Source: Parachlamydiales bacterium (GTDB lineage: Bacteria; Chlamydiota; Chlamydiia; Chlamydiales; SM23-39). From it: DNA of 64,000 nucleotides. Of this stretch, positions 56,435-64,000 are shown in pieces. The position numbers were made by a program, and so were the translations under genes. The stretch covers positions 32,606 to 96,605 of the forward strand of contig JBNLAH010000002.1 in assembly GCA_050302075.1 (NCBI GenBank), given 5' to 3'. Under the pieces are notes generated by a model, which saw only the letters and a list, made by a program, of their open reading frames with translations, ran no database searches and had not been told where the DNA came from. The stretch's first letter is position 1, and every line of letters starts with the position of its first letter.

Positions 56435-57976
56435 ATGAAGAAAAAATCTTCTCTTATTATTAGGAATGCTATTTTAGAAGATATTCCACATATCATAGAG
56501 CTTTCCAACAAAGTATATGGGGATCAAAACGGCTATACTGAAGAGCAGCTTTTTGGCCACATTAATCATTTTCCAGAAGGACAGTTTTTAGCGGAATATA
56601 ATGGACAAGTTGTTGGCTATTGCGCTTCTATAATTGTCTTTGAAGGTCAAGCATTACAAAAACATACCTGGCAGCAGGTTACAGGAAATGGATATTGTTC
56701 TACACACAATCCTAAAGGGGACTATTTATATGGCGTAGATGTTTTTGTCGATCCCGACTACAGAAAAATGCGTATTGGAGAGCGATTTTATAAAACGCGG
56801 CAGAATCTTTGTATAAAGAAGAACTTAAAGGGCATTGTATTTGCAGGAAGAATGCCTCTTCTTAAAAAAAAGATCGCAGAATGCAAAACCCCGGAAGGGT
56901 ATTTGCAGGCTGTTTTAGATAAAAAAATAAGAGATCCTGTGCTTAATTTTCAGATTAGACAAGGATACAAACCGTTAGGAATTCTTAAAAATTATCTTCC
57001 ATCAGATCCTAATTCTATGGGAAATGCAGTCCACATGGTTTGGAAAAATCCTAAAAAAAGCGCAGAGGAGACATTACAAAAATCTGGCGAGCTCATTTAC
57101 TCTAAAATAATTAGAGTTGCCTCTGTACAGTACAAGCAAAGGCAAATTCATTCTTTTGAGGAGTTCAAATCTATCATTTCTTATTATGTTGATGTAGCGC
57201 ATGACTATCGTGCTGATTTTATCTTATTTCCGGAATTGTTTACCTTGCAATTGCTTTCAATTGATAACCAGAAAGTGAGGCCCGAACAGGCAATTGAAAG
57301 GCTAACGGAATATACTGATGAGCTAAAACATTTTTTTAGCGAGATTGCTGTTAAATATAATGTTAATATTATAGCTGGGACTCATCCTACTAAAATAGCA
57401 AAGGACTGTATTCATAATATAGCCTATGTTTTTCTTCGGAATGGAAATGTATATGAACAAGCAAAGATCCATCCAACTCCTGATGAGAAATATTGGTGGA
57501 AGATTGAGGGCGGAAACAAACTACATGTCATTCCTACTGATTGTGGTGCTATTGGGGTTTTAATTTGTTATGATGCGGAATTTCCCGAACTTGCAAGACA
57601 TCTAGCAGATCAGGGAGCCCATCTTATTTTTATTCCTTTTTGCACAGCAGAAAGGCAAGGATATTTGAGAGTTCGTTATTGTGCTCATGCAAGGGCAATA
57701 GAAAATCAATGTTATGTTGTTCTTGCCGGGAATGTAGGCAACTTGCCACAAGTCAAAAATATGGACATTCAATATGCTCAAAGCGCTATTTTGTCTCCTT
57801 GTGATTTTATCTTTTCTCGTGATGGAGTGGCTGCTGATAGCACACCAAATACAGAGATGTTGATTTTAGCGGACCTTAACTTAGAATCTCTCTATGAGTC
57901 AAGAACTCATGGATCTGTCCTTAATCTCAAGGATCGACGCCACGATCTATTTAGTGTTGTTTGGCATAATACTTGA
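56435..57976 (+). CDS. bifunctional GNAT acetyltransferase / carbon-nitrogen hydrolase (nitrilase superfamily) fusion protein
   Basis: N-terminal GNAT (VDPDYRKMRIGERFY). C-terminal CN-hydrolase with FPELF (Glu), AKIHPT (Lys) and VLICYDAEFPE (Cys). 513 aa. Confidence 0.8.
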   Translation: MKKKSSLIIRNAILEDIPHIIELSNKVYGDQNGYTEEQLFGHINHFPEGQFLAEYNGQVVGYCASIIVFEGQALQKHTWQQVTGNGYCSTHNPKGDYLYGVDVFVDPDYRKMRIGERFYKTRQNLCIKKNLKGIVFAGRMPLLKKKIAECKTPEGYLQAVLDKKIRDPVLNFQIRQGYKPLGILKNYLPSDPNSMGNAVHMVWKNPKKSAEETLQKSGELIYSKIIRVASVQYKQRQIHSFEEFKSIISYYVDVAHDYRADFILFPELFTLQLLSIDNQKVRPEQAIERLTEYTDELKHFFSEIAVKYNVNIIAGTHPTKIAKDCIHNIAYVFLRNGNVYEQAKIHPTPDEKYWWKIEGGNKLHVIPTDCGAIGVLICYDAEFPELARHLADQGAHLIFIPFCTAERQGYLRVRYCAHARAIENQCYVVLAGNVGNLPQVKNMDIQYAQSAILSPCDFIFSRDGVAADSTPNTEMLILADLNLESLYESRTHGSVLNLKDRRHDLFSVVWHNT

Positions 57977-58016
57977 CGTATTGTTCAATGAACTTTGAAT
58001 AAAAAGAGATAACTAC

Positions 58017-58056
58017 AAAGCCCTTTTCTTTAGGAATAGGAAAAGAGCTTTTTTTC
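58017..58056. terminator. hairpin terminator between convergent genes
   Basis: 12-bp stem aaagcccttttc / gaaaagagcttt (one mismatch) with an 11-nt loop, followed by a T-run. Confidence 0.5.
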
Positions 58057-58108
58057 TATATTATTGTATAACTTTCACAAAAGCTAGAAGATTGCGCAGC
58101 GATTTCAT

Positions 58109-59233
58109 TCAAGAGCCAAGAGCTTTAATCTGAACACACATGCGTTGGTGAAGTAAATCTTTTGTATCTTTTGACAATTCAGGATTTTCAAAGCTAGGCT
58201 GATAGGCATCTCTTACTTGTTTAATGACTACCTTTCGATGGTGTTTTCCAATCAAAAGCTTAACAGTTTTAAAAAAAATTAGTGCCATTGTAGCAACATA
58301 CTCTAAACCATGTCCAGTATTCGCATAATTAGCAATTGCATTTTCAACTTTCTTTGAATCAGAAGATGCTAAATCATAAGGACTTTGGAGATCAAAAGGT
58401 TTATAGCAGCCGTAAGTGCCAATACCTAAAACTACACAGCAGAAACCTAGAATGCCCAATGAAGTTACTGTTGTAATGATCTTTGTTGCGATTTTTGAGC
58501 TAGAAAAAGTATCTTCTTTCATTTGACGTGCTGTTAGATGGATGATTCTTCGAGTAGACAGTCGCTTTTCTATAGAAGCATCAATAACGCTTTGGAGTTC
58601 AGTTACATCGTTATTTACATCAACCTTAGCTGACATTGGTAGTCCACTATAATCAGATAATTCCTTATTTATTCTTTCAACCAGGTAATTGGCCTCTATT
58701 GGACTCAGTTTATTTTTTTCTAAAACATCGCTATAATAAGCCCTAATCTCTTCACAAACTTTTTTGTTGTATGTCTGCTTAAAAAGGCCAGTAATCGGGT
58801 GGAATACAAATTCATGCAATTGTACCATATAGGTAATTGCCATTCCGGTATTTCCTATATTTTGAGAGGCACTCATTGCTACTGGAAGATCTGAAGACTC
58901 TAGTTCGCTTAAAGGAGTTACTTGAAAAGTCTTGAGGCAGGCCCAAGAACCAATAGCTGCAGGATAAATTGTACTTAGACCTACAAGAGAAAGCATACTC
59001 TTTGCTAGGGTCTCCCATGGTTTTGTTTTCATTTCATGATAAAATAAGTCTTTGACTAAACAAGTGAACTTTCTGGCAGACATTTTTTTATCTCTGAACT
59101 TAGGAGATAATCTTTGTTCTAATTGATAAGACGTAAATTTTGTTTCATCTATTTCGTCAGTTTGCTTTACCGAAATATCAAGCGGCTCTAGCTGTAGTGA
59201 ATTTGTAGGTTGTGGATAAATGTGTAGTGACAT
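58109..59233 (-). CDS. hypothetical membrane protein with internal duplication
   Basis: 374 aa. Two modules each of [hydrophobic ~25-aa segment]-..SSD..-N.(G/A)NTG-..Y..-helical region (residues ~70-190 and ~250-374). Confidence 0.45.
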   Translation of the reverse strand: MSLHIYPQPTNSLQLEPLDISVKQTDEIDETKFTSYQLEQRLSPKFRDKKMSARKFTCLVKDLFYHEMKTKPWETLAKSMLSLVGLSTIYPAAIGSWACLKTFQVTPLSELESSDLPVAMSASQNIGNTGMAITYMVQLHEFVFHPITGLFKQTYNKKVCEEIRAYYSDVLEKNKLSPIEANYLVERINKELSDYSGLPMSAKVDVNNDVTELQSVIDASIEKRLSTRRIIHLTARQMKEDTFSSSKIATKIITTVTSLGILGFCCVVLGIGTYGCYKPFDLQSPYDLASSDSKKVENAIANYANTGHGLEYVATMALIFFKTVKLLIGKHHRKVVIKQVRDAYQPSFENPELSKDTKDLLHQRMCVQIKALGS

Positions 59234-59253
59234 AATTTTTTTCCTTTTTTTTT

Positions 59254-59269
59254 TGTAACCACGGTTACA
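59254..59269. promoter_or_regulatory. inverted repeat TGTAACC-AC-GGTTACA, candidate operator in the divergent promoter region
   Basis: Perfect 7-bp arms, located 51 nt upstream of the DtxR-family gene and 21 nt upstream of the divergent 58109..59233 gene. Confidence 0.35.
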
Positions 59270-59319
59270 TTATCAACTCCTTTTTTTAAATGAAAGTTCA
59301 ATGACTTTTTTTTTAAATT

Positions 59320-59751
59320 TTGTCACAATGGCGAGAAATGAATAAGAAAAACATAAGAGCTTTTCACTTCAAAAAAACGCGAACTCAGCATATTTACGAG
59401 GTCGCTGAGGATTACACAGAAATGATTGCAGATTTAGTGACCCTTCATGGAAAGGTGCGTATCTGCGATTTAGCGAAAGAAATGGGAGTTTCTCATGTCA
59501 ATGTGATCAAGATCATCAAAAAATTGATCAGGGATGGATATTTAGTTGATAATATACATCCAGCGATTGAATTGACACCAAAAGGAAGAGATATGGCTAG
59601 TTATTCTAAAAAAAAGCACCTTATCTTATCTAAGTTCTTAATTAAGTTAGGTGTTCCTGAGCAGATTGCAGCAGGAGATGTGGAAGGAATAGAACATCAT
59701 ATCAGTCCAGAAACTCTTCAAGCTTTAGAATCTCACCTGAAAACCTTATAG
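59320..59751 (+). CDS. DtxR/MntR-family metal-dependent transcriptional repressor
   Basis: EDYTEMIADLVTLHGKVRICDLAKEMGVSHVNVIKIIKKLIRDGYL (wHTH), then a dimerisation/metal region with EGIEHHIS. TTG start, with ATG 59338 as an alternative. Confidence 0.7.
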   Translation: MSQWREMNKKNIRAFHFKKTRTQHIYEVAEDYTEMIADLVTLHGKVRICDLAKEMGVSHVNVIKIIKKLIRDGYLVDNIHPAIELTPKGRDMASYSKKKHLILSKFLIKLGVPEQIAAGDVEGIEHHISPETLQALESHLKTL

Positions 59752-59903
59752 CTAGACTGGATATTTAGAATTTTTTCAGAGCACAATAGTTGACATGTTT
59801 CAATCTGCCTTGGCAATCGGGATGCTACAGTGGAGGAATTTTTATTCTTTTATGTTACGTTACGTTACGTTTTATTCTATCAGCTTAAGAAATTGAGGAA
59901 ACT

Positions 59904-60719
59904 ATGGAGTATAGCACACAAGATCTAGCAAGACTTGCAGGTGTAAGTGTAAGAACTATTCGACATTACGATGAAATTGGTCTTCTTGTTCCTAAAATAC
60001 GGATGAAAAATGGTAGATGTTACTATGGTATAAAAGAAGTTATTAGCTTATCTCAAATAAGATCATTAAAAGAGCTTGGACTTAGTTTGAGCAAGATAAA
60101 ATCTCTAATAGATGAAAAAGTAATTTACAAGAAGATCAATATTCTTGTTATGCAGAAAAAAATTCTTCGAAAAGAACAAGATCGTTTGAAGTCTAGCCTT
60201 CAGATGGTTGATTCAATAATAAAATATTACAAGGAAAATAATATGGATATAACACCAGAAGCAATAGAAGCTCATTTTGAGCAAATGAATAAAAAAGAAT
60301 ATGTTAAATACTTTGATGAATCATATATGCAAGAAAAAGCAAAGGAGTTTAAGGATAACTTCAAACTTCGCGTTGGGGATAAATATTATGATGTTTTTTT
60401 AAAAAAATCAGAGCAACAAAATATTTTTACAGCTCAAGAGTATGGAAAGCGATTTGGACTATGTTTGGGAAAGCTAAGCGAGTCTTTTGAGAAGGGTTTA
60501 GATGAAAGTTCTAGTGAAGTACAAAACATAATAGGGGAGCAATGGGAGGTACTAAAAATTGTATATCCAGATACCAATTCATATAATGTCTATACTGCTA
60601 TTAGGGATCAGTTGTGTTCATTTTCTAAAGGAGATGTTGATGAACGAAATAAATCTTTTAGTGACTACATGTTTAAAGCTATGACAATTTATGCCGAAAA
60701 TAATTTTAGAAAAGAATAA
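59904..60719 (+). CDS. MerR-family regulator with TipAS-like C-terminal domain
   Basis: YSTQDLARLAGVSVRTIRHYDEIGLLVP HTH, a coiled-coil linker, and a long helical C-terminal domain. 271 aa. Confidence 0.7.
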   Translation: MEYSTQDLARLAGVSVRTIRHYDEIGLLVPKIRMKNGRCYYGIKEVISLSQIRSLKELGLSLSKIKSLIDEKVIYKKINILVMQKKILRKEQDRLKSSLQMVDSIIKYYKENNMDITPEAIEAHFEQMNKKEYVKYFDESYMQEKAKEFKDNFKLRVGDKYYDVFLKKSEQQNIFTAQEYGKRFGLCLGKLSESFEKGLDESSSEVQNIIGEQWEVLKIVYPDTNSYNVYTAIRDQLCSFSKGDVDERNKSFSDYMFKAMTIYAENNFRKE

Positions 60720-60753
60720 TAGATATATCGCAATGCAGTAGCAAAAATTTAAG

Positions 60754-60783
60754 TCAGTTGTACGATTTTTTTCGTACAACTGA
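60754..60783. terminator. bidirectional hairpin between convergent merR-like and katA genes
   Basis: Perfect 12-bp stem tcagttgtacga / tcgtacaactga with a T6 loop. The T-runs are weak. Confidence 0.45.
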
Positions 60784-60800
60784 GATTAGCTTCGATTGCA

Positions 60801-62273
60801 TTAAGGCTTTACACCATTTTTAATTCTCTCTCCAATATCCTTATCGATATTATGCCAATACTCGAAAGCTCTCTGTAAAACGGGAGTGGATACTCCTTTT
60901 TTAAGATGTCCAACAACATTTGAGACCAGTCGATCACGCTGTGCATCATCCATGACTTTTCGCACTAAATCTCCTGCTTGACTCCAGTCATCATCGTCTT
61001 TCCTTAATGTATAGGCAGCATGCACGAATTCTCCATTTGCATCCCATACTTCTAGATGTGGATAGCGCTTTCCATCGGCTTTAGGCCCTCCTTTTGAATT
61101 TGGGGCATACACAGGATCTGAGACGTTTTCTACTCGCATCGCTCCATCTTTGCTATAACTATGGAAGGGGCATTTTGGATGATTTACTGGTATCTGCTTA
61201 TAATTTACTCCTAAGCGTGCTCGATGAGCATCAGAATAAGAGAAGAGGCGGGCAAGCAGCATCTTATCAGGACTTGGACCTATTCCTGGAATCATATTGT
61301 TTGGCTCGAAAGCAGCCTGTTCAATCTCTGTGTGAAAATCCGTAGGGTTGCGGTTAAGGGTTAGTCGGCCAACTTCGTTTAGTGGGTAATCAGAATGAGG
61401 CCAAACCTTAGTTAAATCAAACGGGTTAAGACGATATGTAGCAGCCTCTTCGAAAGGCATAATCTGTACCTTAAGAGTCCAGCTTGGATAATCTTTTCTT
61501 TTAATAGACTCAAATAAGTCACGGCGGTGATAATCAGAGTCAACGCCGGCTAAATGATCGGCTTCTTCTTGAGTTAGAAAGTCTATCCCTTGGTCTGTTT
61601 TAAAGTGGTATTTCACAAAAAAACGCTCTCCCTTTGCATTGACCCACATATATGTATGGCTTGAATATCCATTCATATGTCGCCAGGTCTTTGGAATGCC
61701 TCTATCTCCCATAAGCCATGTCACTTGATGTGCGGACTCAGGTGAAAGAGTCCAAAAGTCCCATTGCATGTCATTATCTCGCAATCCATTATCAGCCCTC
61801 CGTTTTTGAGAGCGAATGAAATGTTGAAACTTCATTGGATCTCGAACAAAAAATACAGGGGTGTTATTTCCAACCATATCGTAGATACCATCACTAGTAT
61901 AAAACTTTAAGGCAAAGCCGCGAGGATCACGCCAGGTATCTGGACTTCCTTGTTCTCCAGCTACAGTTGAAAACCTTATTAACGTATCAGTTTTCTTGCC
62001 TGGTTGAAATACTTTTGCCTTAGTATAACCACTAACATCTTTGGTTACCTCGAAATGTCCAAAAGCTCCAGATCCTTTTGCATGTGGTTGGCGTTCCGGA
62101 ATTTTCTCTCGGTTAAAATTGGCCATCTGTTCAATAAGGTAATGATCTTGTAGTAAAATAGGTCCATCAGGCCCGACTGTAAGAGAATGCTCATCACTAG
62201 AAACTGGAATCCCCGCATCATTTGTAGTTGGTTTGGGGGTATCATCTTTCATACTCGGCCTCCTTTTGGACAA
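60801..62273 (-). CDS. katA: monofunctional haem catalase (small-subunit type)
   Basis: [31 protein letters not shown] and [14 protein letters not shown] (proximal Tyr region). 490 aa. Confidence 0.95.
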   Translation of the reverse strand: MSKRRPSMKDDTPKPTTNDAGIPVSSDEHSLTVGPDGPILLQDHYLIEQMANFNREKIPERQPHAKGSGAFGHFEVTKDVSGYTKAKVFQPGKKTDTLIRFSTVAGEQGSPDTWRDPRGFALKFYTSDGIYDMVGNNTPVFFVRDPMKFQHFIRSQKRRADNGLRDNDMQWDFWTLSPESAHQVTWLMGDRGIPKTWRHMNGYSSHTYMWVNAKGERFFVKYHFKTDQGIDFLTQEEADHLAGVDSDYHRRDLFESIKRKDYPSWTLKVQIMPFEEAATYRLNPFDLTKVWPHSDYPLNEVGRLTLNRNPTDFHTEIEQAAFEPNNMIPGIGPSPDKMLLARLFSYSDAHRARLGVNYKQIPVNHPKCPFHSYSKDGAMRVENVSDPVYAPNSKGGPKADGKRYPHLEVWDANGEFVHAAYTLRKDDDDWSQAGDLVRKVMDDAQRDRLVSNVVGHLKKGVSTPVLQRAFEYWHNIDKDIGERIKNGVKP

Positions 62274-62421
62274 TAAGTTAAATTTTTTATTATCTATATC
62301 AGAAATTAGAAAATTAAACTTATAATTTTTTTAAGAATCTGAACGAGGGTAGAAAATATTAGGGCTAAAGTAGCTAAGGCACGCTACCTAGCTACCAAAC
62401 TTGTTCAAATGCAAAATAACT

Positions 62422-63219
62422 TTATGTTTCAATCTCGTTTATGTAAGAATCAATGATATGCCTAGAAATGCTGCACTCGTGTGGCAGAAAAATTTCTTTA
62501 GATTTTTGTAATTCAGATATTTTAAACCATTTTGCATCTTCAATTTCATTTTTATCTAGTTGGAGATCACCTTCTGAATACTGTGCTCGAAAGGCCAGTA
62601 TGAGAGAACTTGGAAATGGCCATGCTTGGCTCCCAAAATATGATATGTTAGTTACTTTAATTCCTATTTCTTCTTTGACTTCTCGGTGAACGGCTTCTTC
62701 GCAAGATTCACCAGCTTCAACAAACCCTGCCAAAGCACTGTACAAGCCTTTAGCAAAATGTGGTGAACGAGCTAGCAAAAGATGGCCATTTCGTTCAATT
62801 AAAACGACAACAACAGGCGATACAGTAGGGTAAATTACTTTATCACAGATTTGGCAGATTTTTGCAGTTTCAGTCTGGCTTAATTTAGTCGAAGAGCCGC
62901 AATGCCCGCAATATAAAGAAGAATTATTCCAGTGAAGTAACTGTTTTCCTCTACAGATGAATTGGGATGTTTTGATATCTGCAATTTTAAGCGCATCGCG
63001 AGCAGGAACAAAGGAAAAACCGGCTTTTGTGCTCATTAAATTTAAGGTAACTGCGAATATATTTTTTTCTTCAAACTTGCCTAGAAAAAAATAATTTTGT
63101 TCATCTAGAGTTACATTATGAATTACTTCACTGAATGGCATTATAAATGAAATTTTTTCCCCATTTGTAAGCAATTTATCATCATGAAAAAAAATGGCAT
63201 AATCTTTATCAGTTATCAT
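62422..63219 (-). CDS. nudC: NADH pyrophosphatase (Nudix, zinc-ribbon type)
   Basis: Zinc ribbon CGHCGSS..CQICDK, Nudix box GFVEAGESCEEAVHREVKEEIGI, downstream SQAWPFPSS typical of NudC. 265 aa. Confidence 0.85.
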   Translation of the reverse strand: MITDKDYAIFFHDDKLLTNGEKISFIMPFSEVIHNVTLDEQNYFFLGKFEEKNIFAVTLNLMSTKAGFSFVPARDALKIADIKTSQFICRGKQLLHWNNSSLYCGHCGSSTKLSQTETAKICQICDKVIYPTVSPVVVVLIERNGHLLLARSPHFAKGLYSALAGFVEAGESCEEAVHREVKEEIGIKVTNISYFGSQAWPFPSSLILAFRAQYSEGDLQLDKNEIEDAKWFKISELQKSKEIFLPHECSISRHIIDSYINEIET

Positions 63220-63413
63220 TTTTGATCCCGATTTAATCTTTGTTATAGAACTAATTTATATTAAAAACCTGATGGCATAATTCAATGCTGTGGTTTGTTT
63301 TATATTTGAGACAGCAAAGACTTAGTTGATTTAAAATTTTTTAGTATTCAAGTGTGTTAAGATTTTATCAAATGTTATAACTAGCTAGATATATATATCT
63401 TACTAGTTATTTT

Positions 63414-64000
63414 TCATCTGTCAAAAAAATTTGCAAGATCGCTGCTTTTTATTGAATCGATTATGTAATCTCTAATGTATTGTAATGTTCCCCATGTATT
63501 TCGTGGATAATGAGTAAGTGTTTGACTTTTCCCAGGAATTGATGGAAAAAATTCAGGAGAAGCTAAACTTGAAGAGAAGGGGATAATTTCAGCATGGAAC
63601 TTTTCAGAACTTGAGGGCACAACCTCGTCCTTAGAGTTTGCTGCCTGTTTTGCTCTAAGATCTCTATAATAATAATACCGATGGTCAGATCTATAAGCTT
63701 TATTTAAATAGTCATTAATTTGCTCAGGAACATTTTCTCCTTCAAAGTTAAAAAGACCTATGTACGGATCAAAAATGAAAGCTTCAGCATCGGATATTTT
63801 TACTAGAGACATTGTATGGAAGCCATAACTGTTAAATATTCTAATGATATGAGGCTCGTTAGCTAGTTTTCTGATGTCATTTATATTTTTATAAACCACT
63901 GTCCCATTTTTTAATTTTGATTTTTTGTCGTCCGGAATTAAAGATAAAAGATGAGGACTAAACTGCTGGTAAAATTTATTTGTACTTCTAGAAGTAAAAA
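63414..64000 (-). CDS. hypothetical protein, N-terminus beyond window edge
   Basis: The reading frame stays open upstream of the track's GTG to position 64000 (..FTSRSTNKFYQQFSPHLLSLIPDDKKSKLKNGTVVYKNIN..). No family recognised. Confidence 0.4.
   Translation of the reverse strand, partial: FTSRSTNKFYQQFSPHLLSLIPDDKKSKLKNGTVVYKNINDIRKLANEPHIIRIFNSYGFHTMSLVKISDAEAFIFDPYIGLFNFEGENVPEQINDYLNKAYRSDHRYYYYRDLRAKQAANSKDEVVPSSSEKFHAEIIPFSSSLASPEFFPSIPGKSQTLTHYPRNTWGTLQYIRDYIIDSIKSSDLANFFDR

Noticed and set aside
59854-59870. (GTTAC)3 pentanucleotide repeat upstream of the merR-like gene as a phase-variation tract or operator
   Set aside because: Only about 3.4 units, which is too short for slipped-strand switching. 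It is not palindromic as MerR operators are. It is mentioned only as context.
1-64000. CRISPR arrays, rRNA genes, additional tRNAs
   Set aside because: Scanning the intergenic regions by eye showed no regularly spaced short repeats, no rRNA-like conserved blocks, and no further cloverleaf-compatible sequences. A tRNAscan/Infernal run would be needed for certainty.

Overview
AT-rich bacterial chromosome segment. Hand counts of 100-nt samples give about 32% G+C in ordinary stretches. The window has a conserved housekeeping backbone: miaB, rplM-rpsI, lptFG-like, tilS, a ~910-aa FtsH, pnp-rpsO, tadA, rpmE-prfA-prmC, ffh-rpsP-trmD-rplS-rnhB, yicC-gmk-rpoZ-metG, recD2, katA and nudC. Accessory blocks interrupt it. 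Several traits are what I would expect from an amoeba-associated, Chlamydiae-like organism: the long FtsH N-terminus, ankyrin and Inc-like membrane proteins, a Ulp1-like protease and cysteine-rich secreted paralogues. That placement is inference only. No rRNA genes or CRISPR arrays were seen, and one tRNA is present (Asn-GTT). Most notable regions: (1) A plasticity zone starts at tRNA-Asn (45.8 kb). A ~3.4-kb degenerate island bounded by direct repeats carries an integrase stub, a decayed toxin-tip/immunity-like pair, a dismantled higBA locus with an intact unknown 233-aa gene wedged into it, and an intact phd/vapC pair. Beyond the right repeat lie an IS3 transposase tail joined to a markedly G+C-richer GH76-like gene, a Bro-N-type pseudogene, a DrrAB-like exporter with a TetR regulator, and an Rhs/YD N-terminal stub. 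(2) An islet between metG and recD2 holds a tandemly duplicated, six-cysteine membrane-anchored protein family with a conserved 5' module, a distant third paralogue, and a Ulp1/CE-clan protease with canonical catalytic spacing. (3) A copper module joins a two-domain multicopper oxidase to an outer-membrane-factor lipoprotein and a possible Cys-rich mini-lipoprotein. All functional calls rest on motif recognition by eye. No database searches were run.
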